Source: a virus (lineage: Duplodnaviria > Caudoviricetes). Taken from it: a stretch of 25,426 nt of DNA. Where the stretch lies: positions 1 to 25,426 of IMG/VR virus record IMGVR_UViG_3300008117_000300, one strand, 5' to 3'. The notes below the pieces were generated by a model. The model saw nothing but the letters and a program-made list of their open reading frames with translations, was not told where the DNA came from and ran no database searches. Positions 8,597 to 18,630 of this stretch are shown in pieces. The translations under genes were made by a program, and so were the position numbers. Each line of letters opens with the position of its first letter. The stretch's first letter is position 1.

Positions 8597-9547
8597 TTAG
8601 ACGTTGTTGATGCTTGAGGTTGACTCAATGCGGAACAAGGATGCTTCGCGGTAGCGAGCAAATCCAAGAACGCCGTACCATCCGATTGGACGGAAACGCA
8701 TTAACTTATCGGTAACAGGTCCGATAACTACGTGTGGTTCTTCAGCAACTGCTTCAGCAAGTGCTTGTTTACCAGCAATTAGTGTACGGAATACGCGTGT
8801 AGTTCCAGAAGCACCGTCTGTAGCGTTGTACAAACGTGGTGATTCTACGAACATTGCACCTTCGTATACACCGATTGATCCTGGCCATAGATTGCCAGCA
8901 CCTGATTCGTTGTAAACGTGTGCTTCGCGCCATCCGCCTGCGCCTGTTTCTGCACGTAAGTCGTGTGAAACTTCTGGATGTATTCCAACCCAGTACAATT
9001 CACCAACACGTGGAACAGCTTTGTTTGCACGCAATTTAGCAATAGCTCTACGGATATTTGCTGAAGTGATGACAGAACCACCGGTAACACCAGTAGTTGT
9101 TGTTCCACCACCTGAGTAAATTACGTTTGAACCTTGACGTAGCACTGTTTGTGCAAAGTTGTCAATAGAATCTGCCATATTGAATGCGATGATGTCAGCG
9201 ATTGCTGGATCAACATCAGACAATGAGAACAGTTCTAATTTGCGTGTTGCGATTGCAGCGTTTCCATATTCATTTAGAGTTACGGTTACGTTGCTTGTAT
9301 TTCCTAAAGCTACTGAATCTGGATCTACAGTTTCAGTTAAAGTGCCGGTTACTGCCGATAAATCAGTGTATAACTGGAATACGACAGATGAACCTGGCAT
9401 AGCCTGTTGTGCAGGGCGCTTATCAGCAACATCGCGGATAAGTGGCATAGCACGCAGAGCAAATTCTACATAGCGGTCATAAGCAGTCTGTACCAAGGAA
9501 GTTCCAAGGGACGCGGTGCTAGTACTAGTATAATTTTCTGTAGGCAA
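8597..9547 (-). CDS. Major capsid protein (HK97 fold, N4-gp56-like; 316 aa, TTG start)
   Basis: V.VTL.EYGN, Y...IHP....DL, G.IG...G..FVES, D.L.RF...GW motifs. Follows the scaffold gene and precedes a terminator. GAAGGTG SD. Confidence 0.9.
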   Translation of the reverse strand: MPTENYTSTSTASLGTSLVQTAYDRYVEFALRAMPLIRDVADKRPAQQAMPGSSVVFQLYTDLSAVTGTLTETVDPDSVALGNTSNVTVTLNEYGNAAIATRKLELFSLSDVDPAIADIIAFNMADSIDNFAQTVLRQGSNVIYSGGGTTTTGVTGGSVITSANIRRAIAKLRANKAVPRVGELYWVGIHPEVSHDLRAETGAGGWREAHVYNESGAGNLWPGSIGVYEGAMFVESPRLYNATDGASGTTRVFRTLIAGKQALAEAVAEEPHVVIGPVTDKLMRFRPIGWYGVLGFARYREASLFRIESTSSINNV

Positions 9548-9585
9548 TTTAGTTCACCTTCTTTCAAGGTTGATAGTAGTTGCGT

Positions 9586-10044
9586 TTATCTACCGAGTGA
9601 TTGACCAAACAACAGCTGATCAAGTTCATCTTTTGTTTTCGCAGCTAAAACCTTTTGGTGTTGCGATTGCTCACCTGAAGGGTTTTGTGCTGTTGAAGTA
9701 ACATTATTGATTCGTTGATTAGCGTTGATTGTTTCTTCATCAACGGCAGGTTGAACAGGCTCATCTTGTTTAATACCGAATACATCACTGTATTCGCTTA
9801 ACCAAGCATCAATCTGTTCAGGTGTGTTCACATCACTAGGAATAAGTTTCGCTAGTTTATCTGATACACCTTTTGAGGCCAATACATCTTTGACGGAACG
9901 AGAACGCATATCGGAACGCAGTTGAGAAAGTTCAGCTTCAATAGCTTCACGTTCTTTTTGTGCTTTCTTTAGTGCTTTGCGAAGTTCGGCTGGGCCGTTA
10001 TCTTGCTCTTCGTATTCGTCTTCGTATTCGTATTGGTTGGCCAT
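9586..10044 (-). CDS. Capsid scaffolding protein (start revised to ATG at 10044)
   Basis: Acidic N-terminus, coiled coil and short C-terminal helix pair, directly upstream of the capsid gene. GGGAG lies 8 nt before ATG 10044, whereas the track's GTG at 10053 overlaps the SD. Confidence 0.75.
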   Translation of the reverse strand: MANQYEYEDEYEEQDNGPAELRKALKKAQKEREAIEAELSQLRSDMRSRSVKDVLASKGVSDKLAKLIPSDVNTPEQIDAWLSEYSDVFGIKQDEPVQPAVDEETINANQRINNVTSTAQNPSGEQSQHQKVLAAKTKDELDQLLFGQSLGR

Positions 10045-10052
10045 TGCAGCCA

Positions 10053-10156
10053 CTCCCTTTCATTAAGTTGTCGTAATCCACATACACAAACAGGGGAATC
10101 TGTGATGGCTATTACTACCGGTCTTCGGTTACGCTTCTAAGTGCCGGTGCGCTTAG
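10053..10156 (-). promoter_or_regulatory. Structured RNA leader upstream of the scaffold gene
   Basis: Hairpin 10137-10156 and long hairpin 10070-10118, whose loop (UCCCCU) is complementary to the SD AGGGAG at 10058-10053. Confidence 0.55.
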
Positions 10157-10163
10157 CAGGTTT

Positions 10164-11249
10164 TTAAATCTGGCCTTGTGTTCCTTGTGCAAGTGAACTT
10201 CTACCTACACCTGCACGGCCAGCAAATGATGATTGTTCCATTTCTACAAGTCTTCTACGTCTTTGAATTGCATCAGCACTCATAGGTCCACCAAAGACTT
10301 CAGATAACGCTTGTTCTTGATTATAATTTTGTCCATAGATTTGACCAAGTCTTTCAGCTGTTGGAAGTATTTGTGCAACTGCTTGGAAACCTTGTTCTGC
10401 TTGTTGCTCTGTAACGCCCATACCTGCATATTGTTCAGCAACAGGTTTTGCAACTTGTAAACCTTGACGAACGGCAGCAGCACCAAATTGAACAGCTTGT
10501 GCTTGTTTAGTAATAAATGGCAATGCACGTTGTGGGTCAAGAACTTGAGCAATCATATCTCCGTTAGATAGACCGTACATTTCTTGAAGGGTACGTGTGT
10601 AGTAAGGATCAGCGTTATCTATAGCAGTTTGTGCTAAATCAACACGTTGTTTAAGTTCTGTTGGGGAAACATCTGATTCAATGAATTTACTAAAATCATC
10701 CGGTGAATCATAAAAACCTTTAGGTAAACCAGTTGATCTCATAATTTGACGATAGGCATCTTCTGTTGCAAGATATTCTTTAGGTGAAAGAACAGACAAT
10801 CCTGATTTTCTGCGTGATTCATTACCAGCAAAACGTTGTTTATATTCCGGTGTTTCTTGAAGTTTAAGAGTTACAGTATCAGGACTAAAACCTTGTTGAA
10901 CATATTCTGTAATCTTAGGAGCAAGAGTACCGAGACCATAGTTATTAAACATTTGAGTTGTGTATTCAACCCAATCAGTTCTTTGTGTTTGAATACGAGC
11001 ATTTTCAACTTCTTGCGCTGCACGTCTTGCTGCTTCTTCATTAGATACAGTTGCAATAGCAGGACCAGTAGGGCGGCCAGTAGAAGTTGTAGATGTAGTA
11101 GTAGTAGGTTTAGTAGTAGATTCAGTTGGCTTTTTAAGTTGTTCAAGTTTTTTAGTAGTCTCAGCAACACGTTGAGTTCTTGCTTGTTGAGCAGCCTTAT
11201 TAGCAGCAACTGCTTGCTGTGTCTTAGAAGGTGATGATGGCTTTGCCAT
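10164..11249 (-). CDS. Probable internal virion/ejection protein (361 aa)
   Basis: Helical and Gln/Ala-rich with a low-complexity N-terminus. Coupled by TAATG to the transglycosylase-containing gene. Confidence 0.6.
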   Translation of the reverse strand: MAKPSSPSKTQQAVAANKAAQQARTQRVAETTKKLEQLKKPTESTTKPTTTTSTTSTGRPTGPAIATVSNEEAARRAAQEVENARIQTQRTDWVEYTTQMFNNYGLGTLAPKITEYVQQGFSPDTVTLKLQETPEYKQRFAGNESRRKSGLSVLSPKEYLATEDAYRQIMRSTGLPKGFYDSPDDFSKFIESDVSPTELKQRVDLAQTAIDNADPYYTRTLQEMYGLSNGDMIAQVLDPQRALPFITKQAQAVQFGAAAVRQGLQVAKPVAEQYAGMGVTEQQAEQGFQAVAQILPTAERLGQIYGQNYNQEQALSEVFGGPMSADAIQRRRRLVEMEQSSFAGRAGVGRSSLAQGTQGQI

Positions 11250-13273
11250 TAAGATACCAATCCAAAGTCTTGAAGGACTTTACGAGCCGTTCCCATAAGG
11301 TCAGTTTGAGCGTTCTTAGTAAATCTCCAACGAGGATCTTGTTTTAATTCTTGCTCAAATTGCCATAAAGCTTTAGTTGAAGGTTGACCATCAACATTAA
11401 GCGAAGTAAATGCTTGTTTAATTGTAGGGTCTTCCATAGTAATATCATTAGGGTTAACTTCAAGAATGTTAGCCATAGATTGAAAATATGGTGAAGCAAC
11501 TTGTCTAACAGTAAGTCCTGAATCAATTTGCTTAACCAATGAAGGATAACGTGATTTAGCTAATTCTTTAAGTTGTTGAGTTACAGTATCGTTGTCAACT
11601 TTACCTGTAAGAATATCTCTAGCTGATTGGTTGTACCAAGAAGGGTCATAAGATACACCATAAGCAGCAGCAGATGCTTTTAATGCATCAATAGTTTTAG
11701 CGGCTTCACCAGTAGCAAAGTTAATGTTACCAGTTGAGGCAATGCGTGATCTAACAGTTGTTGCATCAATGTTGCCATTTGCGTATTCGTAACCAAGTGA
11801 ATTAACTTGACCATCAGTAAGTTCAACACCAAGTTCGGTTGCAATAAGCCTAATTGCTTCTTTTCTGTTTTTAAGTTCTTTAGCAGAAGGGCCAGTTCCT
11901 GTACCACCGGCACCACCGGAAATCATGTTATCTACAGTTTGCCAAAGGGTTTGAGTAGGATTATCCATATTGACACCAGCTGTGTCATTTAAGGCTGATT
12001 CCCAGTCTCTTTGAGTTGCAACTAAACCTCTAGCAGCATATTGATCTTTAAATCTTTTAACTAAAGCTTGTGCTTTTGGATCAGTATTGAACCACATTCT
12101 TTTAAGTGTTTCAAGATCTTGAGGCACATTAGTACCAGCGGAAACAGCCATTGTTCTTGTTTCAGTTGTCTGACCAAGAGAAGGAAGTGGTACCTCTTTA
12201 AATGTTTCAACATCACCAAGATAAACTGATTCACCCATACCTCTAGGAATTATTGGTTTTGGGGAACCATCAGTATTAGTTGTTAGATTTGGATTTACAT
12301 ACGCAGGAGTTTTGGGTACAAAATCTTCAACAGCTTTAACGTCTGCGTCAATTAGTAAGTTTTGTTTTTCTCTTCTTAAATCGCTAAGTTTATCTTCAAG
12401 ATCTTGAACGTATCCTTTTTTTGCAGGAGAAGAAGGTCCTCTTTGACCAGGGACAACTGGCATTTTACCGGTAGATCTTATTTGATTAAGTTGTTCTTCA
12501 ATACGAGAAATTTGAGTATCAGTTCTAGAAAGATCTTTTTCTTTACTTGCTTCTTTTTCTTTTCTACCTGTTACTTCTTGTATTTTTTCTTCAACAGCAA
12601 TTACTTCTGCTTCTGCAGCTTCAACTTTTTTTGTTTGTTTGTCAATCTGCTCTTGAGTTACAGTAGATGTGATGTTTTCAAAGTCTTCAATTAAATCATC
12701 TAATTTTTTACGTTCTTTGCTTAGTTTAGAATTAGCTTCTCTTTTTGCTTTAGGAATTAAAAGTGCGCTACCGCCTCGTCCAACCACAGCTGGAACTAAA
12801 AATTGATCTTTATTTTCTTCAGTTACATTTACTGTTTCTTCAGCCATAACTATTGGTTTACTTCTTCCTTTTATGCCGCCACCGGCTAGTCTAATGTTTG
12901 AACGAGAAGGACTGGTATCCATAAATTCTTTGTAGGTTCCCTCGGTAAAAGTTGTCCAGTCTTTCCAAGTCTTTCCTCTTTTGCTAATTTCGTAAGCAAC
13001 TTTAGCATTGTAAACCGGATCAAATAACTTATCTTTAATCCTTAGTTTGTCTGCTTTATTAAATCTTGGGTCATTAGGGTTTTTTAAACTACGTATTTGA
13101 AATAAACCAATGCTTTCATCCCATTTATCATTAACAAGATTTTCGTCACCAATGGCATCAGTATTGCCTCTAGACTCTGCTAAAGCAATAGCAACCATAA
13201 TAGGAATATCTTTTTCTGGTATACCTGCTTCACGCAAGATACCAACGATTTCTTCTCTAGTATATTGAGCCAT
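11249..13273 (-). CDS. Internal virion protein with N-terminal lytic transglycosylase (SLT/lysozyme-like) domain (674 aa)
   Basis: AIALAES.GN (catalytic Glu), SIGLFQI, L.DP.YNA..A and W..W motifs in aa 1-118, followed by coiled coils. Confidence 0.8.
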   Translation of the reverse strand: MAQYTREEIVGILREAGIPEKDIPIMVAIALAESRGNTDAIGDENLVNDKWDESIGLFQIRSLKNPNDPRFNKADKLRIKDKLFDPVYNAKVAYEISKRGKTWKDWTTFTEGTYKEFMDTSPSRSNIRLAGGGIKGRSKPIVMAEETVNVTEENKDQFLVPAVVGRGGSALLIPKAKREANSKLSKERKKLDDLIEDFENITSTVTQEQIDKQTKKVEAAEAEVIAVEEKIQEVTGRKEKEASKEKDLSRTDTQISRIEEQLNQIRSTGKMPVVPGQRGPSSPAKKGYVQDLEDKLSDLRREKQNLLIDADVKAVEDFVPKTPAYVNPNLTTNTDGSPKPIIPRGMGESVYLGDVETFKEVPLPSLGQTTETRTMAVSAGTNVPQDLETLKRMWFNTDPKAQALVKRFKDQYAARGLVATQRDWESALNDTAGVNMDNPTQTLWQTVDNMISGGAGGTGTGPSAKELKNRKEAIRLIATELGVELTDGQVNSLGYEYANGNIDATTVRSRIASTGNINFATGEAAKTIDALKASAAAYGVSYDPSWYNQSARDILTGKVDNDTVTQQLKELAKSRYPSLVKQIDSGLTVRQVASPYFQSMANILEVNPNDITMEDPTIKQAFTSLNVDGQPSTKALWQFEQELKQDPRWRFTKNAQTDLMGTARKVLQDFGLVS

Positions 13274-16200
13274 TATTCACCCACTGTAAATTTGTCGTAA
13301 ACAAGATCATTAGATAAAAATCTATCATAAAGATCACTAAATCCAATATCTTGTTGTTTTAATTGTCCAACTGCTGCATCAAATGCTTGAGCAATTCCTA
13401 TATTAGCTTTAGCACCTAAAGATTTAACTCTACGTTGTGATAACTCATCAGCAACTTGATCTCTTAATTGAAGATACAAAGCAACAGATTTCCAAGTAGG
13501 ATTATTTGCATTTACTTGCATAAACTTTTCATCACTTAGAATTGCTTGAAGACCACGAATTACACGACCAGTTTTAGATCCGTCAGTATCCAACCAGTCA
13601 TCACGCCAAGCAACATTTTCTGTACCAAGTTTAGTAATAAAATCATTACGCATAGCTGCAAGATCTTTTGCCCTACGATCACGAATTGAGCTTATTCCAC
13701 GATCCATTAAAACTGGTTCAACTTGGGTAGACATAAACTGTCTGTATTTAACCCAACCCTTTGTTGCTTCATTTCGTCTTTGAACCTCAAAAGGATCTGA
13801 AGTACCACGAAATGTTTGCTTAGAACCAGGGGTAACTGGTGTAGCATATTGCCATTCGTAAGCTGCTTGAGAAAAATCATAACCTGTAGGGTTATTTACT
13901 ATCAAACCAATTAATGATGGTTCAGTTGCATAAAGTGTTGAAACAAGTTCCTTATTAGCTTTAGTAGCAGAAACAGCATCAACAGATGCTTGAACTCCAC
14001 CAACATTTTGTGAAAGGCTAATTGCTAGATCAAAGAATTCTTCATGATCTTTTAAGAACATTTCATCAGCATCTTTACCAAATTTTCTTTGGTATTCACG
14101 CCACATATCCATGTGCATACGGTATGGTGAATCAAAACGTGGTGAGAAAGGAAGAACTAAGTTAGCAATAGTACGCATATTGTAAAATGCTTTAACCATT
14201 TTTTCAATCTCTTGTGGAGTTTTGTATGGTGTGCCATTTTCGCGTGCTTTATGTTGCTCAGTTGTCCAAATTAGTTGGTACATACGAGCAAATTCTGGGC
14301 TATCTTGACCTTGAGTCTTAACGATTTGACGTTTCATCCAAGTAGGAATCATAGCCATCACAGCATTGCGCTCAGGACCAAAAGGTAAAGCCCATTTTAA
14401 TGATTCTTCAAGTTCTGGTTTCTTTTTAACAATGGTAGAAGCCGGAATTGCTACATAAGGACCAACAGGTAGTTCAAAACCACCACCGAAAACGATATCT
14501 AAAGATCTCTTAGGTATACCCATTTGATTTAATGAGTTAAGACCAGGAAGTTTTTGCAATGATTGCGGTACTTCTAACCAAATTGTTCCATCAGAGCTTA
14601 ATGCTTCTTGCTCAATAGGTTCGCCATCTCTGTCTGTAACAAACCCTGCACGGTTAGGTGCTGTCCAAATAAGTTGTGCTCTGTTTAAGATTACTGGATT
14701 ACGACCAACTAAGCGTGCCCAAGTTTTTATAGCGTTTTCTTGAGCACCAAAAAATGGTGAAATCATACGGATAAAGGTTAAACCACCAAGATTACTCTTG
14801 CGAATAACTGTGTAAAGAATTTTATTAACTTCGCGTACAGATTGGGTGTGAGCAGCTTTCATTAATCTGCCCATTTCAGCTGAAGTTAAAGCTCCGCCTT
14901 TTAAAGCTTCACTTAACATTACTCTTTGAGTAAAATCATTTCTGTAAAGGGTATCGTATAATGGAAGTCTTGCCCATTTATCTTCAGGTATTGTGCCTAA
15001 TACTTTAAATGCTTGATTAATCCATTTGTTAAACGATTTAGCAATATTTCTAGTGTAATCTTCTTCAAGTTTTCTACCAACTATTGGTGACAATGAACTT
15101 GTATCAGGAAACATTTTACGCAATTCATTTGGTGTAAAAACTTTACGTTTAATAATTCTGTCTACAAGTTCGTCTTTAAACGTTCCTTCAGGAATAAGAT
15201 TTTTAGTATTATTAACCATTACCTGAATATACTCAGCAATATCATCAGAAGCTAAACCTAAAGAAACAGGTGCATCTTTATTAACAGATAAAGGACTAAG
15301 TCTTTTAGCAGCAGCCTTACCTTCTGGCGCATTTCTTAACCAGTTTTCTGTTTGTTTAGCGGCCTTGTCCCAATCATTTGATAACTTATATTTACTTAAC
15401 AAATACCTTGTTGTAGAGTCATTCATTAATATGTTATTATGAGCTCTTGCAAATTCTTCGTAATAGTTTACCATGTCAGGGGTAATAGTTGCTTGACCAG
15501 TAAATTCTAAATCTCTCATTAATGCTGAAGAATAACCAGTTACCTGTGATTCATAAGTACCGGCATTAGAAACGTCTCTTACGTTAAGTTCTGTACCTAA
15601 ACCTCTAGAACCACGCGCAGTATATGCTTCACCAAATTGACTTGGAATAATAATGTCTTCTTGACCAATAGTTTTCTTTGTGATTGGTGCATCAATCTTT
15701 GCAATATCATCAACAATACTATTGTATTTTAATCTAAGATTTTCAAGTTCTGTTGTAAGGTTTTGTTTTTCACCATAATACAATGAAGTATCAGGATCCC
15801 AGTTTTGTAAATACTTAGCAGCGTGTTGTTCTTCTTGAGCTTTAAGGCTTGCTCTTAATTCATCAGGAGTGTAGGATTCGCGATAAAATCTTTCTTTAGC
15901 TTCTTCAATAAATTCATTCTTTTTTGCAGTGCTTGGAAACCAATCAACTTTAACGTAGCGAGTTTTACTTCTACCATCAGTAATTGATATTTGTTCCCAT
16001 TCGCCTTTACCAAAACCACCAGGACTTAATTCTGCTTGAACAACACCTTGGGTATTAATTCCAAAATCATCAACTTTATCTACATAGTCTGCACGACCAC
16101 GTTTAATAATTGCTTCAATGTATTCTGGTCCACCAACTTGCCCAAGTGGTCCTCTGCCTTCTAATCCATCAAGAATAACCTTTAATGGAAACAAACCCTT

Positions 16201-18630
16201 TTTCTTAAGTACACCTTCTTGAGCTTTACTTCTGGTGTATGATAAGATTTCATTCATTTCATCAGAAACTGGATATTCTACAGTATCATAAAATTCTTTA
16301 TCAACATCTTTTAAAAATCTAGGGTTATTAACAAATATTTCATTTTGTTTATCAATTACTTTTTGAACAGATTGATCATTACCAAATTTAATAATAAGTG
16401 ATTCATCAACAGTGTATCCTTCAGCTTGAAACTCTGGGATTACTGGACCTGCTTCAACTTTAGCAATTTTGTCATCTAGTGCTTTGATATTAGATTCAAT
16501 TTCACCAATTTGTTTACCAAGTTGTCTAGCTTCAACATCAATTCTACTTCTATAAGAAGATACTGTTTCCTTACCTCGCCAAACTTTAATATTATCAACT
16601 AAACGTCCAGGGACAGTTGAGGCGTTAGTAATGAAATTACCTATACCTTTAGGTATGTTCTTTAAAGCAATCATTGGGCCATAAGCAGCCATAATACGAA
16701 GTTGTGAATCAACAGCGTTACGTGTGGTGTAACCAAGACGAAGCAAAACACCGACTTTAAACAAATCTTGCATAACATCAGCAAGATCAACAACGCTATC
16801 CTTAAGAGTCAAAGGACCTTTAAGAACAGATAAATTGTTTTGAATTGTTCTATCAAGAACATCAAAATCCATAATAGGCATATGGTTTGCTGTTTGTGAT
16901 TCATATATAGGAACCTTGATAAGGTCTCCGTTTTTATCTAAACCATAACCACGTTCTTTAAAAGATGCTAAAGCTGATTGTTTAGCGCGAGTATTACCAT
17001 CAAAAATTTCTTTAGCACGCTCTGAAGATATTCCATGTTTTTGTGCTACTTTGTTTACAACTTCTTCTTCAAGTTTTAAAATAACAATAGAACGTTGTTC
17101 AGGTGTTGTTGCAGCAGAATATTCTTTAATTATTCTACTTGCATCATCTGCACTAAAGCCTTCATAAATCATTTTACCTGCGGCATCAACTTTTTGATTA
17201 CCAATAACTTTACGAGCACGATTAACTGATGCAAGTATTTCTTGATATGAATCAGGGCTATTTATGTTAGCAATGTATGCTGGTCTCTCACCTGCAGCCC
17301 AAGTTACGCGCGCGTATGCGCGATTCCAACGGGTTGGTTGAAAAAATTCTACTGTAGAAGAACCGGGTTTTGGATTACCAAGAAGTTTAGTTACTCTACC
17401 TTTGGCTATAAAATCTTCAAATCTTTTATAACGCTCTGACGTACCAAAAGTACGTGTAACCATTTTGTCAGTTGTGCCAACGCCTTTTTGAGATGGGGAT
17501 TCAAAAGTGTCAACAAACTTTTTAAAGAAATCATTGTTTTGGTAAAGATCATCATATTCAAATCCTGCTTCTGATAAAGCTTTTGGATTTTCGTTAATAT
17601 CTAATATTCTACCAGTTTGTGGATCAAATAAAGGAGCTATTACGTTTTTATCAGCTTCGCTAAGATTACCAAACATTTTATTCATAGCTGCAGCGTTAGA
17701 AGGACGTAATTTTTGTAATTCTGTAAGTGCTGTTTTATCACCAAGAGCAGCGCGCATAGTAAACGCTACTTCATCATCTGTTTTGGCTGTACCCAGTAAA
17801 TATCCAAGAGTTCCTGGATCATCTGATGATTTAACAAAATCTGTTGATAATGCATATCCTATACCATTATCACGATAATTTTTAATAGGAGTTGAGTATT
17901 TATTAACTACACCTTCAACACCATCACGTAAAGCAACTTGTGCTTCTTTAGCTAAATCAATTTCTCTAAAAACTGCTACTTGTAATTCTTCTGGAGTTTT
18001 AAATCTTTTAAGAGAACTAATTCCTGCTTCGCCTAAACGAACACCTTTAGCAACTTTACCACCGACAAGGGTTACGTCACCAAAAAGTTGTGCAGTAAAA
18101 TCAAAACTACCAGAAGCAATACGACCAAATGCTGATTGCTTAAAAACTTTGTCGCGTTCTTCTTTGTTAAAAATATCAAATTCATTAAAAAGGTTAGCAC
18201 CTTTTGATTCATCAACAAAAGCGCTACGAGTAAAGGTATTACTAAAAATGTTAGCAGCAAGTGATTGACCAAGTGAGACTTCGTTTCTTGCTTCCCAAGC
18301 CTTTTCCCAAGCTGCGCTAAAATCAACATCATTATTACGCATTTCCCAGATAGCTAAAGAAGCTGTACCTAAAGGTTCGCGAATAAAGGTTCTATTTATA
18401 GCATCAATGTCTGACAGTAAATTACCAATTGGGCGACCAACAGATTTAACAAAATTGCCAACAGATGTTTTTAAAGTATTAGAAATACCATTAAACTCTT
18501 CGGCATCATTAAGAGGAGCTGTAGCAACGTCCCACACAAGTTTAGCAGGGGATAGAACTGCTCCACCAAGATTTTTACCGAGCCTTGTTATTCGTTCGCT
18601 AAAACCCAAACGCTCGTTTAAATCAATCAA
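13273..18630 (-). CDS. Very large probable internal virion/DNA-ejection protein (1785 aa, TTG start)
   Basis: 5.4 kb uninterrupted, mostly helical ORF between portal and scaffold. LLRLGYTTRN and ISPFFGAQ segments resemble large podovirus core proteins. No catalytic motif recognised. Confidence 0.6.
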   Translation of the reverse strand: MIDLNERLGFSERITRLGKNLGGAVLSPAKLVWDVATAPLNDAEEFNGISNTLKTSVGNFVKSVGRPIGNLLSDIDAINRTFIREPLGTASLAIWEMRNNDVDFSAAWEKAWEARNEVSLGQSLAANIFSNTFTRSAFVDESKGANLFNEFDIFNKEERDKVFKQSAFGRIASGSFDFTAQLFGDVTLVGGKVAKGVRLGEAGISSLKRFKTPEELQVAVFREIDLAKEAQVALRDGVEGVVNKYSTPIKNYRDNGIGYALSTDFVKSSDDPGTLGYLLGTAKTDDEVAFTMRAALGDKTALTELQKLRPSNAAAMNKMFGNLSEADKNVIAPLFDPQTGRILDINENPKALSEAGFEYDDLYQNNDFFKKFVDTFESPSQKGVGTTDKMVTRTFGTSERYKRFEDFIAKGRVTKLLGNPKPGSSTVEFFQPTRWNRAYARVTWAAGERPAYIANINSPDSYQEILASVNRARKVIGNQKVDAAGKMIYEGFSADDASRIIKEYSAATTPEQRSIVILKLEEEVVNKVAQKHGISSERAKEIFDGNTRAKQSALASFKERGYGLDKNGDLIKVPIYESQTANHMPIMDFDVLDRTIQNNLSVLKGPLTLKDSVVDLADVMQDLFKVGVLLRLGYTTRNAVDSQLRIMAAYGPMIALKNIPKGIGNFITNASTVPGRLVDNIKVWRGKETVSSYRSRIDVEARQLGKQIGEIESNIKALDDKIAKVEAGPVIPEFQAEGYTVDESLIIKFGNDQSVQKVIDKQNEIFVNNPRFLKDVDKEFYDTVEYPVSDEMNEILSYTRSKAQEGVLKKKGLFPLKVILDGLEGRGPLGQVGGPEYIEAIIKRGRADYVDKVDDFGINTQGVVQAELSPGGFGKGEWEQISITDGRSKTRYVKVDWFPSTAKKNEFIEEAKERFYRESYTPDELRASLKAQEEQHAAKYLQNWDPDTSLYYGEKQNLTTELENLRLKYNSIVDDIAKIDAPITKKTIGQEDIIIPSQFGEAYTARGSRGLGTELNVRDVSNAGTYESQVTGYSSALMRDLEFTGQATITPDMVNYYEEFARAHNNILMNDSTTRYLLSKYKLSNDWDKAAKQTENWLRNAPEGKAAAKRLSPLSVNKDAPVSLGLASDDIAEYIQVMVNNTKNLIPEGTFKDELVDRIIKRKVFTPNELRKMFPDTSSLSPIVGRKLEEDYTRNIAKSFNKWINQAFKVLGTIPEDKWARLPLYDTLYRNDFTQRVMLSEALKGGALTSAEMGRLMKAAHTQSVREVNKILYTVIRKSNLGGLTFIRMISPFFGAQENAIKTWARLVGRNPVILNRAQLIWTAPNRAGFVTDRDGEPIEQEALSSDGTIWLEVPQSLQKLPGLNSLNQMGIPKRSLDIVFGGGFELPVGPYVAIPASTIVKKKPELEESLKWALPFGPERNAVMAMIPTWMKRQIVKTQGQDSPEFARMYQLIWTTEQHKARENGTPYKTPQEIEKMVKAFYNMRTIANLVLPFSPRFDSPYRMHMDMWREYQRKFGKDADEMFLKDHEEFFDLAISLSQNVGGVQASVDAVSATKANKELVSTLYATEPSLIGLIVNNPTGYDFSQAAYEWQYATPVTPGSKQTFRGTSDPFEVQRRNEATKGWVKYRQFMSTQVEPVLMDRGISSIRDRRAKDLAAMRNDFITKLGTENVAWRDDWLDTDGSKTGRVIRGLQAILSDEKFMQVNANNPTWKSVALYLQLRDQVADELSQRRVKSLGAKANIGIAQAFDAAVGQLKQQDIGFSDLYDRFLSNDLVYDKFTVGE

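Noticed and set aside
13273-18630. Virion RNA polymerase (N4-like) or tape measure protein
   Set aside because: No convincing DxxGR, Rx3Kx7YG or DxDGD polymerase motifs, and no periodic tape-measure repeats or tail tube/chaperone genes nearby. A highly divergent enzyme cannot be excluded without a structure search.
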